Assembly: GCA_951406725.2 (NCBI GenBank)
Contig: OX597839.1
Coordinates: 8,370,001-8,434,000, forward strand
DNA from: Octopus vulgaris
Taxonomy: Eukaryota
Length of the DNA stretch: 64,000 nucleotides
Reading direction: 5' to 3'
Shown here: piece after piece, positions 12,685 through 24,904 of the stretch
Layout of the letters: each line of letters opens with the position of its first letter
Position numbering within the stretch: the first letter of the stretch is position 1
Notes under the pieces: model-generated
Told to the model about the DNA's origin: nothing
Seen by the model: the letters and a program-made list of their open reading frames with translations, nothing else
Database searches by the model: none
Translations under genes and position numbers: made by a program

Positions 12685-13383
12685 CACACATAACATATAG
12701 ACATACATACTATACATATATTTGTATACAAACACAGAAGCATACATATATATATATATACACATACAGACATAGCAGATAGACATACATACCATACATA
12801 TATTTGTATACAAACACAGAAACATACATATATATATATACACATACACACATAACATATAGACATACATACCATACATATATTTGTATACAAACACAGA
12901 AACATACATATATATATACACATACATAGACATACATGCCATACTCTTTTTACTCTTTTTACTTGTTTCAGTCATTTGACTGCGGCCATGCTGGAGCACC
13001 GCCTTTAGTCGAGCAAATCGATCCCGGGACTTATTCTTTGTAAGCCCAGTACTTATTCTATCGGTCTCTTTTGCCGAACCGCTAAGTGACGGGGACCTAA
13101 ACACACCAGCATCGGTTGTCAAGCAATGCTAGGGGAACAAACACAGACACACAAACATATTCACACACACTTATATATATATATACATATATACGACAGG
13201 CTTCTTTCAGTTTCCGTCTACCAAATCCACTCACAAGGCATTGGTCGGCCCGGGGCTATAGCAGAAGACACGTGCCCAAGATGCCACGCAGTGGGACTGA
13301 ACCCGGAACCATGTGGTTGGTTAGCAAGCTACTTACCAAACAGCCACTCCTGTGCCATACATATATTTGTATAGAAACACACA

Positions 13384-13449
<66 letters not shown>

Positions 13450-13510
13450 CATAACATATAGACATACACACCATACATATATTTGTATACAAACACAGAA
13501 ACATACATAT
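12630..13510. repeat. ~65-70-bp minisatellite (acataacatatagacatacataccatacatatatttgtatacaaacacagaaacatac...) interrupted by a SINE-A
   Basis: Core tatttgtatacaaacacaga recurs at ~12719, 12801, 12881, 13365 and 13480. Confidence 0.75.
12942..13356 (-). mobile_element. SINE family A, full length
   Basis: Reverse complement of the 10722 and 25077 copies from tail (tactcttttt) to head (cagccactcctgtgcc). Confidence 0.9.
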
Positions 13511-14119
13511 AGATATAGAAATGTACTGTACAAAGGAATAGTGCTATACCTACAAACGCAGACCCCACCATCACCAACATACCATCCCCACTATAACCCC
13601 ATACACTTACGCACGCACACTCCCCAAAACACAAACATTTGCGTATCCCAACACACACACACACACACAAGCATATTCGCTTATACAAATATATATACAC
13701 ATACACAAATGCGCAACACCTACACACATGAGACAACGAAAGAGCTCGACATGGTAGCTCAGACTGCTTGAAATAGCAGCAAATATCCCTTAATTGGATA
13801 ATAGGGAAAAGAGGGGCAAACTGTTTATCAGCGCCATCCCATATCCCATCGAGTCGGTCTGACCGGTTCCTGGTGGTTTCAGTGCAGGCCTTAACATCAA
13901 AGTTATTCCTGCAGCCCCCGCTCAGAGGGATTATCTTCATATGTACTAGATAACCCACTGCTGGAAACCTTACAGATGCTTCTGCTCCGGGACCGAGTAG
14001 ATTTGGGGACAACAGCTGCAAGAAATGGTTCCACGCCGTTCGAACCCTGGAACTCGAGGGCCAGAATCCCACCCATTACAGTATGTAGTTTATCTGAAGA
14101 ACAGATATGGTTTATCTTT

Positions 14120-14455
14120 TATCTGTCATTACACTGCGGCCATGCTGGGGCAGCACCTTGAGGAATTTTAGTTGAACGAATCGCCCCCGGGACTTATGTT
14201 TTTCTAATCCTGATGCTTATTCTATCGGCCTCTTTTTGCCGAACCGCAAAGTTATAAGGACATAAACACTCACGCGACTTGACAAGCGGTGCTGCCGGAA
14301 AACACATATAGATATATACATATACGACGGACTTCTTTCAGTTTCCGCCTACCAAATCCACTCAAAAGGCTTCGGAGGCTATGGTAGAAGATACATGTCC
14401 AAGGTGCCATTTGGTTAGGCAGCAAGCTTCTTACCACACAGCCCACACTAGCGCC
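14120..14455 (-). mobile_element. Degraded SINE family A
   Basis: ctgcggccatgctgg...tttgccgaaccgc...cttctttcagtttccgcctaccaaatccactc...cttaccacacagcc. Confidence 0.75.
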
Positions 14456-14721
14456 TATAAGAATATATCTCTGAAAATATCCGAATTAAATACACTCACG
14501 TCACAACTGATTGTATAGTGCTTTCCCATTTTTTTTTAAACGCTGACTGAAGATACATGTGAAAACCGAAAATCTAAAGGTAGTACAATCACAATGCAAG
14601 ATTTGAACAACTGGTTATTAAGAATGCATTAAAATAATTTAAATGCAGTTCTACTGTGGTTCTAGTGATAAGAAATTCAAATAAAGAGACAGCCGCGCAA
14701 ATTAAGGCAATGGAGAGGAAC

Positions 14722-15165
14722 CAATTCAATTCAATTCAATTTTTATTGGCTCAAAAAGCAAAAGCAAGGCCATGTATGGGGACTGAGATTTATGTACAAG
14801 GAGGGTGGTCATACAAAGAATTCAGGCCATTTCTGGTCAAGAGAGACTTTGAACCGAGCGGTCGTCGGCATCTTCACTATCTCGTCCGGCAGCTTATTCC
14901 ACGGATCCGCAACCCGGACGGAGAAAGCCCCTCTCCTTCGATTGAGATGAAATCGTCGTAGATAGAGCTTCACGTAGTGACCCCGCAGCCCACGCTCAGG
15001 AGCAGGAGTGAAGAACAGCTCTTTCGAGAGGTTAAACTTTCTGCTTATGATGTTGTGAGCGAGAATGAGATCACCACGGCGTCGTCGTTTTTCGAGACAG
15101 TAAAGGTTAACGGTCATCAGCCTTTTTTCATAAGACACAAATGCTTGAGACCAAGAGTGTACGAG
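14722..15165 (-). mobile_element. CR1/L2-group LINE 3' fragment (ORF2 C-terminus, 3'UTR and (ATTGA)n tail)
   Basis: SYEKRL...LYCLEKRRRRGDLI...LRGHYVKL...RRGAFSVRVADPWNKLP...FKVSLD matches CR1 ORF2 C-terminal motifs; caattcaattcaattcaat tandem tail. Confidence 0.85.
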
Positions 15166-15589
15166 CCTGCAGTGGTATGGTTCGTATATTTTAGGAAACA
15201 AGCGACCAACTATGAACATATAATATGCCTGCAGTTCCACAAAACAGCATAGAATATAAATACATGAAATGTCTACCATGCTTCAATAATCAAATTACTA
15301 CACAATTCAAAATGGTGGTCCGAGCCTGAATCAGACGAAGTAAAATTAACTACGATCATTCAATATAGAGAAGTTGATAGACACTTACTAATATAAAAAT
15401 ACAGACGCGTGTATATACATACCCATATATAGGCACATGACACAAATGTGTGTATACACGCATATGTACATATGCATATGTACATATGCATATGTACATA
15501 TGCATATATACATACCTATAAAAACAATATATATAAATATATATATATATACACATACATAAGTACATGCATATATAAATACATACATA

Positions 15590-15721
15590 TTCTTTTACTA
15601 CTTTTTGTCATTTAACTGCGACCATGCTGGAGCACTGCCTCCAGTGGTTTTAATCGAAGAAATCAACCACGGGTTTTATTCATTGTAAGCCTGGTGCTTA
15701 TTCTATCATACACACAAACAG

Positions 15722-15800
<79 letters not shown>

Positions 15801-15923
15801 GGTGTCCCAAAAAATGTATACACATAGTGGTTCGGCAAAAGAGAACGATAGAATAAGTACTAGGCTTACAAAGAATAACAAGTTTACAATTATTTAAGAT
15901 GTGTATACATTTTTTGGGACACC

Positions 15924-15975
<52 letters not shown>

Positions 15976-16083
15976 CGGGCTTCTTTCAGTTTCTGTCTAC
16001 CAAATCCGCTCAAGGCTTTGGTCGACACCAGGCTACATTAAAAGACACTTGCCTTAGGTTCCACGCAGTGCAACTGAACCCGG

Positions 16084-16090
<7 letters not shown>
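15590..16090 (-). mobile_element. SINE family A with internal deletion, hosting a MITE in its (TA)n
   Basis: Tail tcttttact...ccatgctggagcac; 5' half gacgggcttctttcagtttctgtctaccaaatcc...ccacgcagtg. Confidence 0.75.
15798..15926. mobile_element. Tc1/mariner-superfamily MITE, 28-bp perfect TIRs, TA target
   Basis: cagggtgtcccaaaaaatgtatacacat (15798-15825) and its exact reverse complement (15899-15926), flanked by TA. Confidence 0.85.
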
Positions 16091-16118
<28 letters not shown>

Positions 16119-16121
<3 letters not shown>

Positions 16122-16335
16122 GGTTGGCAAAAAGTCACCCGAGAGTAAATCAATCTTCCATAAATACTTAATACTCAATTTTATTTATTCATTTGGGAAA
16201 AAGTATCGCTCGAGAACAATTTTCCTGATTTTTCATATTTGAATGCTTATATTAAATTCATTCGGTTGTTAAACATGAATAAATCTTGAAATTAAATGGT
16301 TTTGATTTACTGCCAAGTGATTTTGGCCAACTCTG
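16119..16335. mobile_element. Tc1/mariner-superfamily MITE, imperfect ~35-bp TIRs, TA target
   Basis: ta|cagggttggcaaaaagtcacccgagagtaaatcaa ... ttgatttactgccaagtgattttggccaactctg|ta. Confidence 0.75.
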
Positions 16336-16703
16336 TATATACATAAATATATATAAAACTCTGACCAGAGAACAATTATCAAATTCGTGTCAACGACTTT
16401 ATATATAACATCACGTCTCCAAACATTTGATCATATATAAATATTACCATGACTCTTAAATATCTCAGCCGAGATGAACTACCGTCAGTGCAACTTAGCT
16501 GCCTGATAAAAAAAACCTTTGTCATGAGGTTATCACGGCTAACTGTAAAAAGCATTAGAGTTGAGGCCCACGGGCCAAAACCTGAAAACATGGTACACGA
16601 ATATCCGAATGGCACTGTATTTGATGGCATGCTTATAATTCTTTAACCGTTCGGCCACTTACTGTTGCCCTCTGTTATATTTTCAGTGCTTTTTAATGAT
16701 TTA

Positions 16704-16918
16704 TACTCTTTTACTTGTTTCAGTCATTTGACTGTGGCCATGCTGGAGCACCGCTTTTAGTAGAGCAAATTCTTTGTAAGCCTAGTACTTATTCTATCGG
16801 CCTCTTTTGCTGAACCGCTAAGTTACGGGCACGTAAACACACCACCATCGGTTGTAAAGCGATGTTGGGGGGACAAATACAGACACACAAACATATATAT
16901 ACACACGCACACGCACAT

Positions 16919-16971
<53 letters not shown>

Positions 16972-17133
16972 GACAGGCTTCTTTCAGTTTCCGTCTACCA
17001 AATCCTTTCACAAGGCTTTGGTCGGCCTGAGGCTACAGTAAAAGACACTTGCCCAAGGTGTCACGCAATGGGACTGAACCTGGAACCATGTGGTTCGTAA
17101 GCAAGCTACTTACCACACAGCCACTCCTACGCC
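16704..17133 (-). mobile_element. SINE family A, near full length
   Basis: Tail to head match with other A copies, including the internal TA tract. Confidence 0.9.
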
Positions 17134-17340
17134 TTTATGGGGATTTTTTACTCCTATTTCTAAACAGGCTAGACGCACAGTGTGTTCTCATGCTTAGTGC
17201 TAACTCAAATTTTATTGGTATTTGATACTATTTCATACATGCATCCGTTTATATTATTATTGCTATTATTATCAATATATTATATTTACTGCAGATAGTA
17301 TTAACAATAATAATGTCTTTATGAATATTCACTCCTCTAT

Positions 17341-17391
<51 letters not shown>

Positions 17392-17690
17392 TGGAGGCGC
17401 AATGGCCCAGTGGTTAGGGCAGCGGACTCGCGGACATGACTCCCAGACCGGGCGTTGTGAGTGTTTATTAAGCGAAAACACCTATAGCTCCACGAGACCC
17501 GGCAGGGGATGGTGGGGATCCCTGCTGTACTCTTTCGCCGCAACTTTCTCTCACTCTTTCTTCTGTTGGCCTGCTCACTTAGCCAGCAGGGTGGCGTCAT
17601 TTGAAGGCTAAAACAATGCGAAGCGCATTGTGACCAGCGATGTGTATCAACATCTGATAGCCTGGCCGATCACGTGATCACGTGATATAT
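17392..17690 (+). mobile_element. SINE family D (tRNA-Arg-like head), tail type 2
   Basis: tggaggcgcaatggcccagtggttagggcagcggactcgcgg...tactctttcgccgcaactttctctcactc...gcgcattgtgaccagcgatgtg...gatcacgtgatcacgtgat; near-identical to 61336-61630. Confidence 0.85.
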
Positions 17691-17699
17691 CACACATAC

Positions 17700-17870
17700 G
17701 TTGCCTGGACAGGTGCACGGTGTACCACACATCAGGTGTCATGTGGCCGCAAATCAACTTCAAATGAAGTGTTTTGCTCAAGAACACAACGTACTACTCG
17801 ATCCACGAACTGAAATTCCGATCTCGCAAACGTGATTGCAACACCCTAACCACTAAGCAATGCACCCGCG
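17700..17870 (-). mobile_element. Degraded SINE family C
   Basis: aaatgaagtgttttgctcaagaacacaacg...caccctaaccactaagcaatgc. Confidence 0.6.
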
Positions 17871-18489
17871 ACATATTCATATACACGCGGAAAACGCTTT
17901 GAGATATAAATAAATGAAATGTAAATAAATGAGATATAAATAAATGAGGGTGTCTATTAAAAAAAAACGATAATGGACGTGGTGAGGTTGCGTGGGGGTG
18001 GATATTGGTTGATGGTGATATTGGAATCGGTTGTGGTGGTCGTGGTCGTGGGGTAGGCTTCTTTTGTAATGGTGATAACGGTGGTGGGGGTAGGTGTTAT
18101 GGTGGCGTGGGCGATAACGTCTTTTCTTTGCATTGTAAATACAACATATACATATATATATATATGTATATATGTTCATACATACATAATGTGCATTATG
18201 TATGTGACGTAATACGTTCATATACTCGCACACGCACAGACATGTATACAAATATCTATGAATTCATGCATCAAGATTATGTGACATAATGTACAAAAGA
18301 AGTGTTTTTTTAACTAAATAAAAGAACGAAACAAAGACATACCTAACTCGGTAAAACTCTATTGGATAGAATTTCTTGAACGTGACTTGATTAGCACATT
18401 ACGCAATTATTGCCGAAAAGCCAAAACTCACGAAATCTGTAAATAAAAATATAACAACGTAATAAATCATTTACGCAAATAAAATAATG

Positions 18490-18602
18490 CATTATATATA
18501 TATATATAACGTCACACACACACACACATATATATATATATACATAAAAGCGTCATGTGTACGTGTGTGTATATATATATATGCATATCTAAAACATTAT
18601 GC

Positions 18603-18646
<44 letters not shown>

Positions 18647-19100
18647 TTATGCTTATGTATATGTGAATATATATATATAAAATTTATATACATGTTAAAT
18701 AATTGTGTGTGTCTGAGTATATAGAGAGAAAATTTATATATATTTGTATATGTATATATATATATGTGCACACATACAAATATATATGCACATATATTTG
18801 TGTGTGGATATATATATGTGTGTGTGTGTATGTATATATATAAGTAATATGTATATATATTTGTATATATGTAAAGATACACATACATAATATATGCATG
18901 TATATATTTGTGTATATATATATATATATATTGTATGTATGCATTTATATATATATGTATTAATTTATATATATATGAATGCATATATATATATATATAT
19001 ATATATATTTATTTATATATGCATGCATATATATATATATATACATATATATATTTATTTAGTTATATATTTATTTATATATGCATGCATATATATATAC

Positions 19101-19161
<61 letters not shown>

Positions 19162-19240
19162 TATATATATATACAAATATGATATATTTGTATGTATGTG
19201 TGTGTGTATGTCCATTGATATGTGTGCACATATATCATAT
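18490..19240. repeat. Compound (TA)n/(TG)n microsatellite field
   Basis: Directly visible. Confidence 0.9.
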
Positions 19241-20040
19241 AATGCAAACATGTGATAGAAAAGCAAATAGACATCATTGCAAGTGAAGTAAAATAAAACA
19301 GCGTATATAATCTAACGAAATATAAATAATATAATGAGATGAAAAAAAAAAAATGGAGGAAATATTTCTAAACCTGAGCGCTCGCACATCCGGTACCCAT
19401 ATTGCTTTATAATTTTAGACAATTGCGTTCTCTAATACAAACCAAAAAATAATATTAACAAAAACAAAAAAACCCAAAAAAATCACAGCCTATTTGACGT
19501 AGCCTTATTTTTTTTTTTTTTATTCAAAGAAAACGAAATTGTACCTCATTCCTCTGTTCAGGACTGTAAATAAACGAGGCAGTTATATGTAAATATTTCA
19601 TCCAGACGTGGTCTCGTTCACTCTGTTTCGTTTGCATCAGAGAGAAAAGGGAAGGAACTCCAAACAGATAATCGAATACGGTAGATTAAAAGAAAAAGGG
19701 AAAAACCAAAGTAAATATATACATAAACGAAAATTCACTAAAAAAAAAAATATGTATATCAGGGAGGGGAGCAATGTCTGGTATATTGTTTTTTGTTGTT
19801 CGTGTTGTTGTATTTAAAAGCTTTTGCTGTTATACTGCTTGTCTTTCTTCCTTCCGCCTGTCCTACTTTCTTTCTTTTCTTTTTTACTTCCTTCAACTAA
19901 GGGGAGTGAATTTCTTTTGTTGTGAAAACGTCACATATACATATATTAAGAATTCTATACCCATTCGTAGACACACGGCTGTAATTATGTACACCAACAC
20001 ACGTTCACGTCTATATATACACAAACACATACATATTTAC

Positions 20041-20125
<85 letters not shown>

Positions 20126-20338
20126 TAAGTATATATCTATATCTATTTATCTACATATACCTATGTAACTGTTTATATACCCAAACACACATGCATTGTG
20201 TGTAAATATACACGTATAAAGAAGTGTATATACACGCATATATGCGTAAACATTTAGACATACAAAAATCAAACACACACTCATATAGACACATATCCAC
20301 ACAAAAACACGCAGATAGACACGTGTAAAATTACTCAT

Positions 20339-20377
<39 letters not shown>

Positions 20378-21054
20378 TAAATGTTTACTCATCCAAACAC
20401 ACACACACAAAAGCAAAGAGTGGAATTTAGATAAAGAGGAAAACAAAGAAAGAAATAATAATAAAAAAATTAAGGATTCGATAAAGGTTAGGGTACAATG
20501 AGATGCGATAAATCAGGGGCTTAGTTAAAGAAAGGGAAGAGGATAAAAGAAAACAATGTGGAAATGTGATGAGGGGCGAATGTGTTGAAATTATGAAGAT
20601 AACAAGGTAAATGGGAGAAACATGTTCCAACCAGTCCTGATGTTTTCTGTTGTGTAGATTTTATGATATATATACTGTGTTGATTTGGTGTGTGGAGGGG
20701 GGAGGGGGATTCGCCCGTGACCTCTCCGCGGGATCTTTGTGAAGGTTTGAAGAAATGAAGACTGTATTCGTCAGTCGTGAGTTCGAATTATCAAAGTGTT
20801 CTGACAATCTTTGGCAGCATCGTGGGACGGGGCACACTCCAAATAGAGCACTCGACTTGAAGGGGACAATTTAGCTCTAATATGCACGTATGTATACATG
20901 TTTTCATGCATATATATAAGTATATATGCATGGATGTATTCATATATAAGTGTGTGTGAATGTGTGTGTGTATGTGTGTGTGTATGTGTGTGCGTGCGTG
21001 CGTGTAGTTGACGCCATAAGATTTATAAACTATCGAGACATCATCAGATAATTC

Positions 21055-21467
21055 GGATCTTTTCGGTTTGAACGGCAGTTTTTAAAAATAATTTCCACGT
21101 AGCTAAACACTTTTAATCTTTTATACTAGTAGAATGTGTTTAGAAAACATCTTTTTCTCTTGGCTTTATTAAGCAATTCTATGGTTTGTAAGATATTTGT
21201 TGTTTTTTTCTTCAATTTCTTCAATTTCAACCAATCAATGACGTCTATTGAGGTGAAAACATTCTGTGCCGTATGAATATGTCCCTCGTTTAAGAAACAG
21301 ATTGGGTTTATTTACATTTCTGAAGAAAGAAAGATACCCTTCCCCCACCCATAACCCTAACTCTAAAACAGATTGAAATGCAATAGATCGATACTAGGGT
21401 CATAAGTATGGGTGACAATTTCATATGACACCACTAGAAAAAACTGCCGTTCAAACCGAAAAGATCC
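21055..21467. mobile_element. Non-autonomous DNA transposon (MITE) with ~29-bp TIRs and 8-bp TSD, Merlin-like
   Basis: TIRs ggatcttttcggtttgaacggcagttttt / aaaaactgccgttcaaaccgaaaagatcc; TSD gataattc at 21047-21054 and 21468-21475; second copy at 50094. GG termini with 8-bp TSD suggest Merlin (inference). Confidence 0.85.
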
Positions 21468-21620
21468 GATAATTCTTTTTGGGAAGAGTGGATCTCGAAA
21501 CACAAAGCTATAAATAATGACATGTAAATATCGGATTGGAAAACCCTTTTCAATAGAAAAAGTTGAAAGGTTCTTGAATCCAATGCTTCGAGATCAACTG
21601 TTCCAGAAAAGAATTTCATA

Positions 21621-22620
21621 TATTAAGTCGTCAAGTATGAAATTTGTAGAAAAGAAAAAATAGTTTGCTAATGTTTGATAAATACAAGGAATAGTTTTAT
21701 TCATCAAAGTATGCACCCATATTGTCAATACACTTTTGCCATTTCAGCGGCAGTTTGTCCAGCCTGGAACTGTAAAAGCCTGGCAATCTAGAGTCAATAA
21801 CATCTTGGAAGGCCTGTTTTACAGCACCGTCGGAATTAAATTTTTTCCTATCAAAAAGTTTTCCAAATTCTAGAAGTGGTAGTAAGCGGGGGCATGATTA
21901 AGTGAGTATGGTAGGTGACGGAAAACCTCCAACTCCATCTCGTGTAGTTTCGCCAATGTCATTTTTGCAATATGTGTTCTGGCGTTGTCTTGCAATAAAA
22001 TAGGAGTGGATCTGTTGACTAATCTACGCTGTTTTTCTGTACGTTTCTGCATCATTTGGTCCAGTTGGCTGCAGTATACTTCAGCCGTGATTGATGAGCC
22101 AGGTTTAATGAAATCATAATGGATCATACCTGTGCCAGACCACCAAAACACACACCATCAGCTTCTTTTGATGAATTTTGCTTTTTGGACTGTGTTTTGA
22201 TCGTTCCTCTTTGTCCAACCATTGTGCTGAACGTTAACGGTTGTTGTATTGGATCCATTTTTCATCACATGTTACAATTCGATTGAAAAATGATTCATTT
22301 TTGTAACGAGAAGTAGCATAATGCACGCTTCTAAACGTTTCTGTTTCTGATTTTCATTGAGTTCATGTGGAGCCCATATCCAACTTTTACACTTGACCGA
22401 TTTGAACTAGGTGAGTCAATATTATTTGCTTGCTAACACCAAACAACAACGATAACTCACGGGTACTTTGAAATGGGTCTGACTCGACGATGGCTTTCAG
22501 TTCGTCATTATCCACTTTTGTTTCTTGCCGACCGCGATGCTCATTTGTGAGGTCAAATTTACCAGAACGAAAATTTGCAAACCAATTTGATCCTGTCTGC
22601 TGTGTAATAACATTAGAATG
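21621..22620 (-). mobile_element. Decayed mariner transposon (transposase pseudogene with 3' TIR)
   Basis: Minus-strand frames: WFANFRSGKFDL...STREL (HTH), WAPHEL (WVPHEL), IVTCDEKW, LLQDNARTH, PYSLNHAPAYYHF (YSPDLAPSD), LPLKWQKCIDNMGAYFDE* ending 21697; frameshifts and stops; 5' end interrupted by SINE-D. Confidence 0.9.
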
Positions 22621-22727
22621 AAGTGCTCCATTAATATTTTCGCTCAATAAACACTCACAACGCCCGGTCTGGAAACCGAAATCGCAATCCCACGACCGCC
22701 TAACCACAGAGCCATTGTGCCTCCACT
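22620..22727 (-). mobile_element. SINE family D head fragment
   Basis: ttttcgctcaataaacactcacaacgcccggtctggaaaccgaaatcgc...ccattgtgcctcca. Confidence 0.8.
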
Positions 22728-22734
22728 ATATAAT

Positions 22735-23116
22735 GGAGGCGCAATGGCCCAGTGGTTAGGGTAGCGGACTCGCGGTCGTAGGATCGCGGTTTCGATTCCC
22801 AGACCGGGCGTTGTGAGTGCTTATTGAGCGAAAACACCTAAAGCTCCACGAGGCTCCGGCAGGAGATGGTGGTGATCCCTGCTGTACTCTTTCACCACAA
22901 CTTTCTCTCACTCTTACTTCCTGTTTCTGTTGTACCTGTATTTCAAAGGGCCGGCCTTGTCACTCTCTGTGCCACGCTGAATATCCCCGAGAACTACGTT
23001 AAGGGTACACGTGTCTGTGGAGTGCTCAGCCACTTACACGTTAATTTCACGAGCAGGCTGTTCCGTTGATCGGATCAACGGGAACCCTCGTCGTCGTAAC
23101 CGACGAAGTGCTTCCA
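22735..23116 (+). mobile_element. SINE family D, full length, tail type 1
   Basis: ggaggcgcaatggcccagtggttaggg (A box)...ggtttcgattcc (B box)...terminal hairpin ttccgttgatcggatcaacgggaa; ccactatataat at both flanks (TSD-like). Confidence 0.85.
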
Positions 23117-23184
23117 CTATATAATCCAAATAAAAAGACAAAAGAAAGACTTATACACATCTTTAATGATTGTTTCTGTACCAA

Positions 23185-23900
23185 CTCTGCTTTACTTAAT
23201 TAGTAGCCCCAACTTTTCTTCGGGTATCTTTAAACCCTTGTCTAGTACCAGTCTCCAGCGGGAGTGATCATTAACAATGGCTTCACACTTTTAAACGTTC
23301 GTGTAGTGAGCCTCTCTCTTTGAAACACCTTCGAAACGATGATTGTGTCAGGGCCAGTTCATCTTATAGTATGTCTTTGGGGATCTACCCAGCCAACAAA
23401 AACACCACTGTCGCAGTAGAATAAGGAGGCTGAGAGTCTGTGGACGAGACAGTCCCGTTGTTGGTGACATAGGTAAACCACTTGATGCTAAAATCTGTGT
23501 CTGGCACTGATACGCCTCTCTTGTCCAGAGTAGATGTTCCGGGTCTCAATGCGATAAATTCGAGTGACAAGGACGCAAGCTCTGTAGACCGCATGCCTTT
23601 TATGCGCCCAACCTAGTTAGTCAGGAGCTGTGTTTCTAATACGTCTATTTATCTTAGATTCTAGAAAGAGGTTGTCCATGATGGTAAAATCGAATTATGT
23701 TAAATCGTGAACTGCCTCCAATTCAGTAATGGGAGAGGAGTGCTCAACAACGAAGTTCCGCACGTTGACTTGGTTCAGATTTATGAAGAAGCGAAAGTCT
23801 TGCCAGAGACCTACCAAACTCTCCATAAGGCGTTGCAATTACTCCTCTGAATAGGTTGCTAGTGAAGATACATCGGCAAACAACGTATCGCTGAAGTATT
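23185..23900 (-). mobile_element. Decayed RTE-clade LINE, RT C-terminal half
   Basis: Minus-strand pieces LFADVSSLATYSEE*LQRLM, TIMDNLFLESKINRRI, AVYRACVL, LRQWCFCWLG, IPKDIL, DHSRWRLVLDKGLK in the expected RTE ORF order. Confidence 0.7.
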
Positions 23901-24429
23901 TTTAGTATGTTTAGTATTTTTAGTATGATATTGAATGGTTAGTGTGAGGGGCCTGATCTGGCCAGTTTGAACTTAAAAAGGAGAACCTACCTACCTGCCA
24001 ACTTACCTACCTACCTACCTACCTATCCTCGTACCTTCCTAAATATCTACTATCTACCTATCTATCTATCTATCTATCTACCTACCTACCTAGCTATCTG
24101 TCTGTCTGTCTATCTATCTATCTTCGCGTACGTTGGTTTTAGCTCAAAGTCAAGGCAGTTTGAGCTATTTAACGTTTGATCTAGTGTGAGGATGAACACT
24201 ATCAGCTGATGTTCCGAATGCATGTTTCAGCCTGATAGCGAAGAAGATGCCAAATAGGGTAGGGATTTGTTTTGTTTTTTTCGTTCCATGATGTGAAGTT
24301 GTACGTTATATAAATACGAGTGAGTGGACAAAGGAAAGGGACGAGCTCTGTTAGGGACGTGCGAAGCTTGAACTGTCAAGGAAACCTAATCAAACTGTTT
24401 TAAATTATAGACGGACGGACGGACGGACG

Positions 24430-24487
<58 letters not shown>

Positions 24488-24489
24488 TA

Positions 24490-24738
24490 AGTTTCTTTAT
24501 TGGTCACACAGGGCTGCACACAGATGGGACAAGTTACAAGGTAGATCTTTTCTTTTGGGGGATGAAAAAAACAAAAAAACAAAAGAAACAAAAAAAAGGT
24601 GGCGTAGGTTTTCGATCAAAAGGGATCGTAAAAGGGAAAAAAGAACAAAAAATAAAAAAAAGGAACAAAAGAAAAGAGAAATGAAAAAAAGAAGAAAAAG
24701 GGGGGAGGGGAAGAGGAAAAAACGATCAATAGGGATCG

Positions 24739-24740
<2 letters not shown>
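24490..24740 (-). mobile_element. Retroposon 3' end inserted in (GATA)n, tail similar to SINE-B tail
   Basis: gtttctttattggtcacacagggctgcacacagatgggacaa vs SINE-B atttctttattacccacaaggggctaaacacagaggggacaa. Confidence 0.5.
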
Positions 24741-24801
<61 letters not shown>

Positions 24802-24904
24802 GTAGATATTTAGGAAGGTACGAAGATAGGTAGGTAGGTAGGTAGGTAGGTAGGTAGGTAGATAGGTAGGTAGGTAGGTAAGTTGGCAGGTAGGTAGGTT
24901 CTCG

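Noticed and set aside
16379-16646. Short ORFs in non-repetitive sequence, faint resemblance to a Helitron helicase C-terminus
   Set aside because: No diagnostic motif such as FAMTINKSQGQ or HGQLYVA; other frames are full of stops.
22735-22810. SINE heads as functional tRNA genes (also 11572, 17392, 61336, 62110-62180)
   Set aside because: A and B boxes are present but there is no proper acceptor stem, and each continues into a SINE body.
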